Shown here piece after piece: positions 1-11,836 of a DNA stretch of 64,000 bases (position 1 is its first letter; every line of letters begins with the position of its first letter). The notes beneath the pieces are model-generated. The model was given only the letters and a program-made list of their open reading frames with translations, did not search any database and had not been told where the DNA came from. Source of the stretch: Squalus acanthias. Its lineage: Eukaryota. The stretch spans positions 46,068,001 to 46,132,000 of the forward strand of contig CM059432.1 in the NCBI GenBank assembly GCA_030390025.1, read 5' to 3'. Made by a program: the position numbers and the translations under genes.

Positions 1-147
1 CACTTAATTCATTTCAGTATAAAAAATGTTTTGCTTTTATTTCATCTGTCAGCTAAATCCTGTAAAGCACAATATTGTGTTTCTAATTGTTTAATTCAGT
101 TCAAGGTTGGGTTGTCTACATTGTACAGTTAACATCACTAACACAGT

Positions 148-1353
148 GGGAGGAATTTTAACCTAAAAAATGGGTAGGTTTGGGTCGGGTGGGAAGTTAA
201 AGGGGGAAAAATTCGTTGCTTTGCGCCTCCTGTTAGCGCCCTAAGAAGGGGAGGAAGGCCTGCAATACTGCGGCGCGATGTGCCGGTGTGTGTGGCGCTG
301 CGGCACATAGCGCCACGATATTCCCTCGCAGCGCCCCAAGAGGGAGGTGGGGCGCTTCCAATAGTGCCACTCTTCCCTCTTGGGGCGCTACCACTCAATT
401 TCGGCCGTGGGGCGCTAATTTTTCCGGGGCGCGACTCAATTTTTCCCCCAAAGTGTTTAAAATCTGAATACTGACTGCAACCCACCTCCAACCCGCCTAC
501 TTCTGGTTTTAACAGAGGCGAGACGGGGACGGGCAGCCAACCCACTCCCAGGAGGCTGGTCGTGCATTTAAATATTATAATGAGGCTGGAAGCCTCTGAT
601 TTAACTTCCATTTTGAATTTAACCTTAGCTGGTTGGGTTTTGCAGGCCTTGTGAAACCCACCAGCTAATGGAAGGCAAGGACTGCTGGATCCAGGAGGTA
701 AGAGTCTTTACACTTACCTCCTGGATCCAGCGTCCCTACCTATTCCACCCCTGGCGATAGGAGACCCACTCATGAGGCCTCCGAACACCGCCCCCCCCAC
801 CACCCGGGCTCCGATCGCCCCCTCAGGCCTCCGATCCCCCAACGAGGCCTCCCACCCCGATGCTCCTCCTCCCACCTCCTGCTCCTCCTGGCCCCCCATG
901 CTCCTCCAGCTGCTGATCGTTCCCTAACCCCCGCTGCTGCCCCCCTGCCCCCCACCCTGCTCCTCTGGCTACCAATCGTTCTCCACCCCTTCCCCTGCTG
1001 CTTCCAGCCCCCAATCATTCTGGAACCCCTCCCCGTGCTGCTCCCGATCCCCGATCATTTCTGGCCCCCTCCCCGGCCCCCAATCGTTCCCGCCTCCCCC
1101 CCCCACCCTGTCCCACTCCTCCAACCTTCCCCGTGCTCCTCCTCGCAAGCCCTTCCTCTTTCCTCCCTGCGGCCTAGTGCCCCAGGCCTACCTGCCCATA
1201 GCCAGCCAGCCTCTCAATCTGGCTGGCTGTGGATGGGAAACACAGGTTTCCCATGCAAATAAGGCCCTGCCATTAAATTCACGTTCCCTCAGGTTTCCAG
1301 ACCGCTTCGGAGACCCCCCACTCCCAATCCGCCTCCCCATTAAAATTGAGGCC
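148..1353. mobile_element. Non-autonomous Harbinger-like DNA element (MITE-like)
   Basis: Imperfect TIRs gggaggaattttaa / ttaaaattgaggcc, flanks agt/att. Homologous in reverse orientation to 31777-32520 (shared gccagcctctcaatctggct). Contains nested element 202-449. Confidence 0.65.
202..449. mobile_element. Short GCGC-rich Harbinger-type MITE nested in 148-1353
   Basis: TIR gggggaaaaatt / aatttttccccc and 3-bp TSD AAA. Ends are homologous to 34243-35135 and 55532-56423. Confidence 0.8.
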
Positions 1354-1399
1354 ATTGTGAGTGTGATATTAACTACTTCCATCTTGTTATCGTTTTAGA

Positions 1400-1695
1400 C
1401 AAATTTTAGTTTTTTTTTCGTCCCTTCAATTTTCAGCCCAGGGATGCCTGTTGCCCTACCTGACTCAAGTGTCTATTCTTCATGTAAGTGTCTAACAGTA
1501 AGTTTTTACAAGCTGTTCTACCATGGGGGCATCACTGACCCAATATTATCCTTGTACAAAAAGCATATAAACACACTTTGGAGATCAGGATCCCTGGTGA
1601 AATTTTGTCTCTCTCTGCTGCCACCATGGCTGAGGTCAGCTAACTCAGCAGAGACCTGGGACTAAACCTGGCCTTTCTGGTCTATATGGTCCAAA
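1400..1695 (-). mobile_element. Old tRNA-derived SINE-like remnant
   Basis: Minus strand has a B-box-like ggtttagtccc followed by tctgctgagttagctgacctcagcc, and an A-rich tail near 1410. Confidence 0.35.
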
Positions 1696-2103
1696 CGTAT
1701 TAAAATAATATGTAGTATTATCTGTTCAGTTTCCCACAGACTGTTTCCAGTAATCTCAGGCAATTGGCCTTTAAACTTCCAGTTCACCCTGGATTAAACC
1801 ATAATCCTTTTAATGTTGAAAAAATAAGTGGAACATAATGGGAGAGCAAAAAATGCAACAGGTGATGGAGTCCCTCAGGGGAAGCCATTAACTGCATATG
1901 GGAACAGACTTGTTCAATTCATTGGCAGGGAGGCTTTGAAGATGTGGGGCCTCAGCAAAGTGAAGAAGTGTGCAGATGGATATGCAGATCAAATGGTGTG
2001 CACCATTTTAATCATATATTTCAAAGTTCCCATACACACATGTAATGAAAATATAATAACCAAGTCGACCAGTACACTCGTAAAAAATGTCCCCTTGTAA
2101 TCT

Positions 2104-4458
2104 TCACAGAGAAATAAGAATCAAGCGGTCTGCAAGCCCAGTGGGACAGAAACACTTTGCATAGCAACAAGCATCACTGATAGCATTTGTATTAAGTACC
2201 AGGACAGATACACACAGACAGACAAGAGAGGCACAGAGGGAGGCTGTAGGCCTATCTAAGAGGGAGTCAAACCTGGGACAGTGGCAGGAGAATAGAAACG
2301 TCGAGGAGTGCTGAAGAGTTGGGGTAGGGATTTGGGAGGGCAGAGTATCTGAGAGGGAAGGAATGAAAGGAGGCATGATGACAGGAGAGAGACGCCAGGA
2401 AGAGATAAAGAGAAAAAAGAAAAAAAGGGGGAGAAAAAAAGGGGAAATGGAAGTGATGGGTTTAATTAATGTTGTAGCTTCTACAGCTTTTTGTGGCAGC
2501 ATATTCCATGGACCTACCACCCTCTGAGTGAAGTAGTTCCTCCTCATCTCAGTTTTGAAAGAGCAGCCCCTTATTCTAAGACTATGTCCCCTAGTTCTCG
2601 TCTCACCCGTCATCGGGAACATCCTCCCCGCATCCACCCGATCCAACCCCTTCACAATCTTATATGTTTCAATAAGATCGCCTCTCATTCTTCTGAACTC
2701 CAATGAGTAGAGTCCCAATCTACCCAACCTCTCCTCATATGACCACCCCCTCATCCCCGGGATTAACCGAGTGAACCTTTTTTGCACTGCCTCGAGAGCA
2801 AGGATGTCTTTCCTTAAGTAAGGACACCAAAACTGTATGCAGTATTCCAGGTGCGGTCTCACCAATACCTTGTACAACTGAAGCAATACCTCCCTATTTT
2901 TATATTCTATCCCCCTAGCAATGAAAGCCAACATTCCATTTGCCTTCTTAATCACTTGCTGCACCTGCATACTAACCTTTTGAGTTTCGTGCACCAGGAC
3001 CCCCAGATCCCTTTGCACTTCAGTACTCTCCAGTTTCTTGCCATTAAGATAATAAATTGCTCTTGGATTTTTCCTGCCAAAGTGCATCACCTCACACTTT
3101 CCAGTGTTGTATTCCATCTGCCAAATCTCTGCCCACTTACTTAGCCTGTCTATGTCCCCTTGCAGGTTTTTTATGTCCTCCTCACTCACTACTTTCCCTC
3201 CCATCTTTGTATCATCTGCAAATTTTGATATGTTACACTTGGTCCCTTCCTCCAAATCGTTAATATAGATTGTGAAGAGTTGGGGACCCAGCACTGACCC
3301 CTGTGGAACACCACTAGTTACTGATTGCCAGTCTGAGAATGAACCATTTATCCCAACTCTTTGCTTTCTGTTAGATAGCCAATCCTCTATCCATGCCAGA
3401 ATATTACCCCCAATCCCGTGATTTTTTACCTTAAGCAATAATCTTTTGTGTGGCACCTTGTCAAATGCCTTTTGGAAGTCTAAATACACTACGTCCACTG
3501 GTTCCCCTTTATCCACTCTATATGTTACTTCCTCAAAGAACTCCAGCAAATTTGTCAAACATGACTTCCCCTTCGTAAAACCATGCTGACTTTGTCCTAT
3601 TAAATTATGATTATCCAAATGTCCTGTTACTGTTTCCTTAATAATGGACTCCAAAATTTTACCTACCACAGATGTTAGGCTAACCGGTCTATAGTTACCA
3701 GCCTTCTGTCTACTGCCCTTTTTAAATAAGGGTGTTACATTAGCAGTTTTCCAGTCTGCCGGGACCTTAGCGGAATCCAGGGAGTTTTGAAAAATTATTA
3801 CCAATGCATCTACAATCCCTACCGCCACTTCCTTCAAGACTCTAGGATGTAAGCCATCTGGTCCAGGTGATTTATCCGCCTTGAGTCCCATTATTTTACC
3901 GAGTACCACTTCCTTAGTGATTTTGATCGTGTTTAGCTCCTCTCCCCCTATAGCCCCCTGTTTGTCCAGTGTTGGGATATTCTTAGTGTCCTCTACTGTA
4001 AAGACTGATACAAAATATTCATTCAGTGTTTTTGCCATCTCCATATTTCCCACCATTAATTTCCCGGTCTCATCCTCTAAGGGACCAACATTTACTTTCG
4101 CCACCCTTTTTCTTTTTATATAACTATAAAAACTCTTACTATCTGTTTTTATATTTTTTGCTAATTTACTTTCATAATCTATCTTCCCTTTCTTAATCAA
4201 TCTTTTTGTTATTTTTTGCTGCCTTTTAAAGTTTTCCCAATCCTCTGTCCTCCCACTAGATTTCGCTACCTTATATGCCCTTGTTTTTAGTCGAATACTA
4301 TCCTTAATTTCTTTACTTAGCCACGGATGACTGTCCTTTCTTTTACACCCTTTTCTTTTCAGTGGAATATATTTTTTTTGGAAGTTGTAAAATAACTCCT
4401 TGAATGTACACCACTGATCATGTGTCGTCTTACCCTTTAATCTATTTTCCCAATCCAC
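2104..4458 (-). CDS. 784-codon ORF: intact CR1 reverse transcriptase domain read through into about 118 codons of flanking DNA
   Basis: ORF track 2104..4458 has no stops or frameshifts across the RT domain and no endonuclease domain. Expression is unknown. Confidence 0.5.
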   Translation of the reverse strand: MDWENRLKGKTTHDQWCTFKELFYNFQKKYIPLKRKGCKRKDSHPWLSKEIKDSIRLKTRAYKVAKSSGRTEDWENFKRQQKITKRLIKKGKIDYESKLAKNIKTDSKSFYSYIKRKRVAKVNVGPLEDETGKLMVGNMEMAKTLNEYFVSVFTVEDTKNIPTLDKQGAIGGEELNTIKITKEVVLGKIMGLKADKSPGPDGLHPRVLKEVAVGIVDALVIIFQNSLDSAKVPADWKTANVTPLFKKGSRQKAGNYRPVSLTSVVGKILESIIKETVTGHLDNHNLIGQSQHGFTKGKSCLTNLLEFFEEVTYRVDKGEPVDVVYLDFQKAFDKVPHKRLLLKVKNHGIGGNILAWIEDWLSNRKQRVGINGSFSDWQSVTSGVPQGSVLGPQLFTIYINDLEEGTKCNISKFADDTKMGGKVVSEEDIKNLQGDIDRLSKWAEIWQMEYNTGKCEVMHFGRKNPRAIYYLNGKKLESTEVQRDLGVLVHETQKVSMQVQQVIKKANGMLAFIARGIEYKNREVLLQLYKVLVRPHLEYCIQFWCPYLRKDILALEAVQKRFTRLIPGMRGWSYEERLGRLGLYSLEFRRMRGDLIETYKIVKGLDRVDAGRMFPMTGETRTRGHSLRIRGCSFKTEMRRNYFTQRVVGPWNMLPQKAVEATTLIKPITSISPFFLPLFFFFLFISSWRLSPVIMPPFIPSLSDTLPSQIPTPTLQHSSTFLFSCHCPRFDSLLDRPTASLCASLVCLCVSVLVLNTNAISDACCYAKCFCPTGLADRLILISL

Positions 4459-4460
4459 TC
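2461..4460 (-). mobile_element. CR1 LINE ORF2 fragment, truncated at both the 5' and 3' ends
   Basis: CR1 ORF2 motifs [43 protein letters not shown] and LVRPHLEYC. The CR1 3' UTR and tail are absent. Confidence 0.95.
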
Positions 4461-4589
4461 GTGTTCGGAGCAGCAGCCAAAACGTGCATGCAACTGGACA
4501 CAGGGAAACTCAAGTTACATAGGCCTAGTTACATTTAAAGAATATAGGATTCATATGTTCTAGTAATAAAGGGGAATAGAGAGAACATC

Positions 4590-5716
4590 AGAATATAAGA
4601 AATAGGAGCAGGAGTAGGCCATTTGGCCCTTCAAGCCTGCTCCACCATTCAATACGATCATGGCTGATCTTCTACCTCATCTCCACTTTCCTGCACTATC
4701 CCCATATCCCTCGATTCCTTAATATTCAAAAATCTATTGATCTCTGTCTTGAATATACTCAACGACTGAGACTCCACAGCCCTCTGGGGTAGAGAATTCC
4801 AAAGATTCACCACCCTCTGAGTGAAGAAATTTCTCCTCATCTCAGTCCGAAATGGCCAACCCCTTATTCTGAGACTCTGACCCTTGGTTCTAGCCAGGGG
4901 AAACATCCTCCCTACATCTACCCTTCAAGCCCTGTAAGAATTTTGTATGTTTCAATGAGATCACCTCTCATTTTTCTAAACTCCAGAGACTATAGGCCAA
5001 GTCTACTCAATCTCTTCTCATAGGTCAATCACCCCATCCCAGGAACCAGTCTGGTGAACCTTCGTTGCACTCCCTCTATGGCAAGTATATCCTTCCTTAG
5101 GTAAGGAGACCAAAACTGTACACAATACTCCAGGTGTGGTCTCACCAGGGCCCTATATAATTGCAGTAAGATGGCTTTACTCTTATACTCAAATACTCTT
5201 GTAATAAAGGCCAAAATACCATTTGCTTTCCGAATTGCTTGCTGTACCTGCATGTTAACTTTCAGTGATTCGTGTACAAGGACACCCAGGTCCCTCTGAA
5301 CACCAACATTTCCCAATCTCTCACCATTTAAAAAATACTCTGCTTTTCTACTTTTCCTACCAAAGTGGATAACTTCAGATTTCTCCATATTATATTCCAT
5401 TTGCCATGTTCTTGCCCACTCACTTAGCCTTCTATATCCCCTTGAAGCATCCTTGCATCTTCCTCACAACTTACATTCCCACTCAGCTTTGTATCATCAG
5501 CAAACTTGGATATATTACATTTGGTCCCCTCATCCATATTATTGATATAGATTGTGAATAGATGAGGCCCAAGCACTGATCCTTGCGGTACTCCACTAGT
5601 TGGAGCCTGCCAACTCTCTGTTTTCTGTCCGTTAACCAATCCTCAATCCATGCTTGTATATTACCCCCAATCCCATGAGCCCTAATTTTGTTTAATAACC
5701 TTTTGTGTGGCACCTT
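4590..5716 (-). mobile_element. CR1 LINE, 3' part (continues at 9055-10117)
   Basis: Frameshifted RT C-terminal ORFs ([15 protein letters not shown]) and a CR1 3' tail near 4590-4660. Interrupted with TSD acctt at 5712-5716 / 9055-9059. Confidence 0.92.
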
Positions 5717-8700
5717 GGCATCCAGCCGACAATGTGAAAAACTGCCCAGGTATGTCCTGTCCACAAAAAGCAGGACAAATCCAATCCGGCCAATTACCAC
5801 CCCATCAATCTATTCTCAATCATCAGCAAAGTGATGGAAGGTGTCATCGACAGTGCTATCAAGCGGCACTTACTCACCAATAACCTGCTCACTGATGCCC
5901 AGTTTGGGTTCCGCCAAGACAACTTGGCTCCAGACCTCATTACAACCTTGGTCCAAACATGGACCAAGGAGCTGAACCAGAGGTGAGGTGAGAGTGACTG
6001 CCCTCGACATCAAGGCAGCATTTGACCGAGAGTGGCATCAAGGAGCCCTAGTAAAATTGAAGTCAATGGGAATCGGGGGGAAAACTCTCCACGTCATACC
6101 CAACACAAAGGAAGATGGTTATGGCGGTTGAAGATCAATTATCACAGCCCCAGGACATCGCTGCAGGGGTTCCTCAGGGCAGTGTTCTAGGCTCAACCAT
6201 CTTCAGCTACATCATCAATAAGCTTCCCTCCAACATAAGGTCAGAAATGGGGATGTTCGCTAATGACTGCACAGTGTTCAGTGTCATTCGCAACCCCTAA
6301 GATAGTGAAGCAGTCCATGCCCGCATGCAATAAGACCTGAAAAAACACTGGCGGGCAAAATAAAGGAAAATCCCAAGGTGTTTTATAAGTATATTAAGGG
6401 CAAGAGGATAACCAGGGAAAGAGTAGGGCACATTAGGGACCAAAGTGGCAATCTGTGTGTAGAGCCGGAAGATGTAGTTGAGGTTTTAAATGAATATTTT
6501 GCATCTGTGTTCACTATGGAGAAGGACGATGTAGGCATAGAAATCAGGCAGGGGGATTGTGATATTCTTGAACAAATTAGTATTGAGAGGGAGGAGGTAC
6601 TAGCGGTTTTAGCGGGCTTAAAAGTGGATAAATCCCCAGGTCCTGACGAGATGTATCCCAGGCTGCTGTGTGAGGCAAGGGAGGGGATTGCAGGGGCTCT
6701 GACACAAATTTTCAGAAACTCTCTGGCCACAGGGGAGGTGCCAGAGGACTGGAGGACAGCTAATGTAGTACCATTATTCAAGAAGAGTAGTAGGGATAAA
6801 CCAGGGAATTATAGGCCAGTGAGCCTAACATCAGTGGTAGGGAAATTATTGGAAAACATTCTGAGGGACAGAATTAGTCTCCACTTGGCGAGGCAAGGAT
6901 TAATCAAGGATAGTCAGCGTGGCTTTGTCAGGGGGAGATCATGTCTAACCAATTTGATTTAATTTTTCGAGGGGGTGACGAGGTGTGTGGATGAGGGTAG
7001 TGCAGTTGATGTAGTCTACATGGACTTCAGTAAAGCTTTTGACAAAGTCCCACATGGGAGACTGGTCAAGAAGGTAAGAGCCCATGGGATCCAGGGCAAT
7101 TTGGTACATTGGATCCAAAATTGGCTTAGTGGCAGGAGGCAGAGGGTGATGGTCGAAGGTTGTTTTTGTGACTGGAAGCATGTGTCCAGTAGTGTACCGC
7201 AGGGATCGGTGCTGGGTCCTTTGCTGTTTGTAGTGTACATTAATGATTTAGATATGAATGTAGGAGGTATGATCAGTAAGTTCGCAGATGACACGAAAAT
7301 TGGTGGAGTGGTAAATAGCGAGGAGGGAAGCCTCAGGCTACAAGATGATATAGATGGGTTGGTCAGATGGGTTGGTCAGATGGGCAGAACAGTGGCAAAT
7401 AGAATTTAACCCTGAAAAGTGTGAGGTGATGCATTTTGGGATGACTAACAAGGCAAGGGAATACACAATGAATGGTAGGACCCTAGGAAGGACAGAGGAT
7501 CAGAGGGACCTTGGTGTGCATGTACATAGATCCCTGAAGGCAGCAGGACAGGTAGATAAGGTGGTTAAAAAGGCATATGGGATACTTGCCTTCATTAGCC
7601 GAGGCATAGAATATAAGAGCAGGGAGGTTATGATGGAGCTGTACAAAACGCTATTTAGGCAACAGCTGGAATACTGTGTGCAGTTCTGGTCGCCACACTA
7701 TAGGAGGGAAGTGATTGCATTGGAGAGGGTGCAGAGGAGATTCACCAGGATGTTACCTGGGCTGGAGCGCTTCAGCTATGAAGAGAGACTGGACAGGCTG
7801 GGGTTGTTTTCCTTAGAGCAGAGAAGGCTGAGGGGGGACCTGATTGTGGTGTACAAAATTATGAGGGGCATAGATAGGGTAGATAGAAAGGAACATTTCC
7901 CCTTAGTAGAGGTGTCAATAACCAGGGGGCATAGTTTCAAGGTAAGGGGCAGGAGGTTTAGAAGGGATTTGAGGAAAAACTTTTTCACCCAGAGGGTAGT
8001 TGGAATCTGGAACTCACTGCCTGAAAGGGTGGTAGAGGCAGGAACCCTCACAACATTCAAGAAGCATTTAGATGAGCACTTGAAACGCCATAGCATACAA
8101 GGCTATGGACCAAGTGCTGGAAAATGGGATTTGAATAGACAGGGCTTGATGGCTGGCGCGGACACGATGGGCCAAAGGGCCTCTTTCTGTGCTGTATAAC
8201 TCTATGACTCTATGACTGTATGACTCTATGACCTGGACGATATTCAGGCTTGGGCTGATAAATGGCAGGTAACATTCGCGCCACACAAGTGCCAGGCAAT
8301 GACTATCTCCAACAAGCGAGAGTCTATCCACCGCCACTTGACATTCAGTGGCATTACCATCGCCGAATCCCCAACTATCACAATCCTGGGGGTCACCATT
8401 GACCAGAAACTTAACTGGACCAGCCACATAAATACTGTGGCAACAAGATCATATCAGAGGCTAGGTATTCTGCGGCGAGTATCTCACCTCCTGACTCCCC
8501 AAAGCCTTTCCACTATCTATAAGGAACAAGTAAGGAGTGTGATGGAATATTCTCCACTTGCCTGGATAAGTGCAGCTCCAACAACACTCAAGAAGCTCGA
8601 CACCATCCAGGACAAAGCAGCCCGCTTGATTGGCACCCCATCCACCACTTAAACATTCACTCCCTCCACCATCGGTGTACCATAGCTGCAAAGTATACTA

Positions 8701-9054
8701 TCTACAAGATGCACTGCAGCAACTTGCCAGGGCTTCTTCGGCAGCACCTCCCAAACCCGCGACCTCTTCCACCTAGAAGGACAAGGGCAGCAGGCTCATG
8801 GAAACGCCACCACCTCCAAGTTCCCCTCCATGTCACACCCCATCCTGACTTGGAAGTATGTCGCCATTCCTTCACCGTCGCTGGGTCAAAATCCTGGAAC
8901 TCCCTCCCTAACAGCGCTGTGGGAGTACCTTCACCACACTGACTGCAGTGATTCAAGAAGGCGGCTCACCACCACCTTCTCAAGGGCAATTAGTGATGGG
9001 AATAAATGCTGGCCTTGCCAGCGACGCCCACATCTCATGAACGAATAAAAAGAA
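5717..9054 (+). mobile_element. Second CR1-clade LINE family ('family B'), 5'-truncated and interrupted by CR1 6340-8229
   Basis: RT peptides [22 protein letters not shown] and DQKLNW. 3' end ...ggccttgccagcgacgcccacat...gaataaaaa. TSD acctt. Confidence 0.9.
6340..8229 (+). mobile_element. CR1 LINE, 5'-truncated, with (tatgactc)n tail
   Basis: ORFs 6378-6962, 6975-7409 and 7354-8199 tile the RT. A 13-bp duplication near 7353-7384 shifts the frame. TSD gacctg at 6334-6339 / 8230-8235. Confidence 0.95.
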
Positions 9055-10117
9055 ACCTTATCGAATGCCTTCTGAAAATCCAAATACACCACATCCACTG
9101 GTTCCCCCTTATCTATTCTGCTAGTTACAACCTCAAAAAACGCTAACAGATTCATCAAACATGATTTCCCTTTCATAAATTCGTGTTGCTCTGCCCAATC
9201 CTATTATTATTTTCTAAGTGCCCTGTTACCACGTGCTTAATAATAGAATCCAGCATTTTCCCTACTACTGACGTCAGTCTAACTGGTCTGTAGTTCCCAT
9301 TTTCTCTCTCCCTCCTTTCTTAAATAGTGGGGTTACATTTGCTACCTACCAATCCGTGGGAACCATTCTAGAATCTATGGAATTTTAGAAAATGACAACC
9401 AATGTATCCGCTATCTCTATAGCCACGGCTTTCAAAACCCTAGGATGTAGGCCATCAGGTTCAGGGGATTTATCAGCTTTCCGTCCCATTAATTTCTCCA
9501 GTACTATTTTTTTACTAATACTAATTTCTTTCAGTTCCCCATTCTCGCTAGAGCCTTGGTTTTCCACTATTTCCGGGAAGTTCTTTGTGTCTTCTTCCGT
9601 GAAGACAGACACAAAATATTTGTTTAATTTCTCTGCCATTTCCTTATTCCCCATTATAATTTCTCCTGTCTCAGCCTGTAAGGGACCCACATTTATTTTT
9701 GCTAATCTTTTCCTTTTTACATACCTATAGAAGCTTTTACAGTCTGTTTTTATGTCTCTCGCTAGTTTACTCTCATATTCTATTTTCCCTTTCTTTATCA
9801 ATTTCTTGGTCCTCCTTTGCTGAATTCTAAAATCATCCCAATCCTCAGGCTTACTATTCTTTTTGGCAACATTATAAGCTTTTTCCTTTGGTCTAATACT
9901 ATCTTTAACTTCTCTTGTTAGCCACGGTTGGACCACTTTTCCTGTGGGGTTTTTGTGCCTTAAAGGAATGTATATTTGTTGTAAATTATGTATTAATTCT
10001 TTAAATGCTAGCCATTGCTTCTCTACCATCATATCTTTTAATATAGTTTCTCAATCTACCTTAGCCAACTCACCCCTCATACCTACGTAGTTTGCTTTGT
10101 TTAGATTTAAGATCCTA
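9055..10117 (-). mobile_element. CR1 LINE, 5' part of element 4590-5716
   Basis: ORFs 9385-10032 and 8931-9176 carry CR1 ORF2 motifs and resume exactly at AFDK|VPHK. Confidence 0.92.
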
Positions 10118-11239
10118 GAAGATACAATAGCAGCAAGTCCAGAGTTAAAGTCAGAGATCCCGTGGTGCGATAAAGTTGACATAGGTAGGGTGGAGCCAGC
10201 TTGGAGCATCGCCGAACTGATGTCGAGGCTCGGAGACAGGTGTGGAGCGCAAGTGAATACAGAAGCTATTTGAAGGGTAAAGTTTAGGTGGACTTACTGC
10301 TGGAGGTATTTCCGTGGGAATGAAGAGCCAGGAGGTGTGCAGAATCGATCGCAGTGCAGAAAAACCGTGGCGAAGTTGCAGGTCACCATAAGATGGACTA
10401 TGGCCCAGGAGGGTAAATTTCTGGCCAGGAACCAGACTGTAGCTGAAGCTGAAAAATCAGTAGGGCCAGTAGGACAGTCATAAGCTCAGCTGGTAACAGC
10501 AGTGGTGAGGGATGGGCTGTAGGCTAGACAAAGTTACCTTAAAACTTTAGCAACTGAATAGCAGATCAGAGATGACAGTAGTTGAGTTTTATAGTGTAGA
10601 AAGGCGCAGCCTTGACCTCCAGCGAAGTCCAGGAATTTGGAAGCCAAATTTGAGAAACGTTCCAGTGCTCGTGGATGAAAACAAAGAGCAGGCATGGTCG
10701 GGGGATGGGCAGTGGACAGTGGACCCAGGTAACTTTAAACTAGCAGTTAACTTGTATTTGGGGCTCCCTCTATTACAGCCAGGGGAACTTAAAGAGTGGA
10801 AAAGAGAAGATTGGGGAGAAAAGGCAAAGGATGGCAATGGATGGCCAAGGATAGAGCTGCACAGCAAAGGAGCTCCCTAGGGAGCTGCCAGCACAGGAGC
10901 CATCTTGAACACAGGCACCATCTTGAACACATGCTGCATGCTCTTTGTGAGTTGCATTGGGAATACAGATTTTACTACTTTCTATTAAAGTATGCAACAA
11001 CAGGCCAACAGTTCTTTGGGGGCTTCTACCAATCTCCTGCCAAAGTTATAGTGGGAGATCGGCGAAGCCCTGCAGAATTTCAGGGCCGTAACTGTCAATC
11101 CCATTCCTATCCAGATATTTATCCAAGACTCTTTAAAATAGATCATCAACGCAATATTGACTTCTTTTTGCTGGAATTTTTTAATGTATAACCATTACTC
11201 AGTGTGTAAAGTACTTATTTTAATCTCGAGTCTTATTTG

Positions 11240-11740
11240 AGATTTGTTAATTGTGATCTCAGACCCGCTACTTGCTGCAATCAGTCTAATTTGAATCATT
11301 TGATTACCTTTACATTATCCATGGCTCTCAAGACTTTAAATTCCTGAATTACGACTTGCTGTTATTTTTTTAAAGTCTACATCAATTCTGTGAATCCCTT
11401 TTCTAGATGTATAGCCCCAGGCCCTAGGACAATCCTTGTCAACCTTCTCCAAATCCTTTCCAATACGCCCAAGGCTTTTTGAAAACAGAATAGCCAAAAC
11501 TGTACACAAAATTACAAATGTGGTATTCACCAATCATTTACATAGATTAAAATCATTTGTTTCAATTTAGAATCAAATACCCTCGAGATTCATTCTAGTA
11601 CTTGATCAATCTTCTTCGTAACAGCTTTACATTGATAGGATATTTTCAGTGAATAGTCAATGATCACACCCAAATTCTTTTCTGTTCTTTGGTAATGGAC
11701 AACACTTTCTCATATGTACATATTTCTTGTTTCTGATTTT
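11240..11740 (-). mobile_element. Highly decayed old CR1 3' fragment
   Basis: The minus strand retains an LYK.LV.PHL..CVQFW-like stretch near 11490-11550. Confidence 0.5.
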
Positions 11741-11836
11741 CATCACTTATGGACCCATGCAAGAGAACTAATCATTGTTTCAAAGTAAAAGTTTAAAAAA
11801 AATATATTGGAGAACAAAATGCTAAGAAGAGGTCAT

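Noticed and set aside
714..1262. Gly- and Pro-rich ORFs
   Set aside because: By-products of a C-rich low-complexity tract inside a non-autonomous element.
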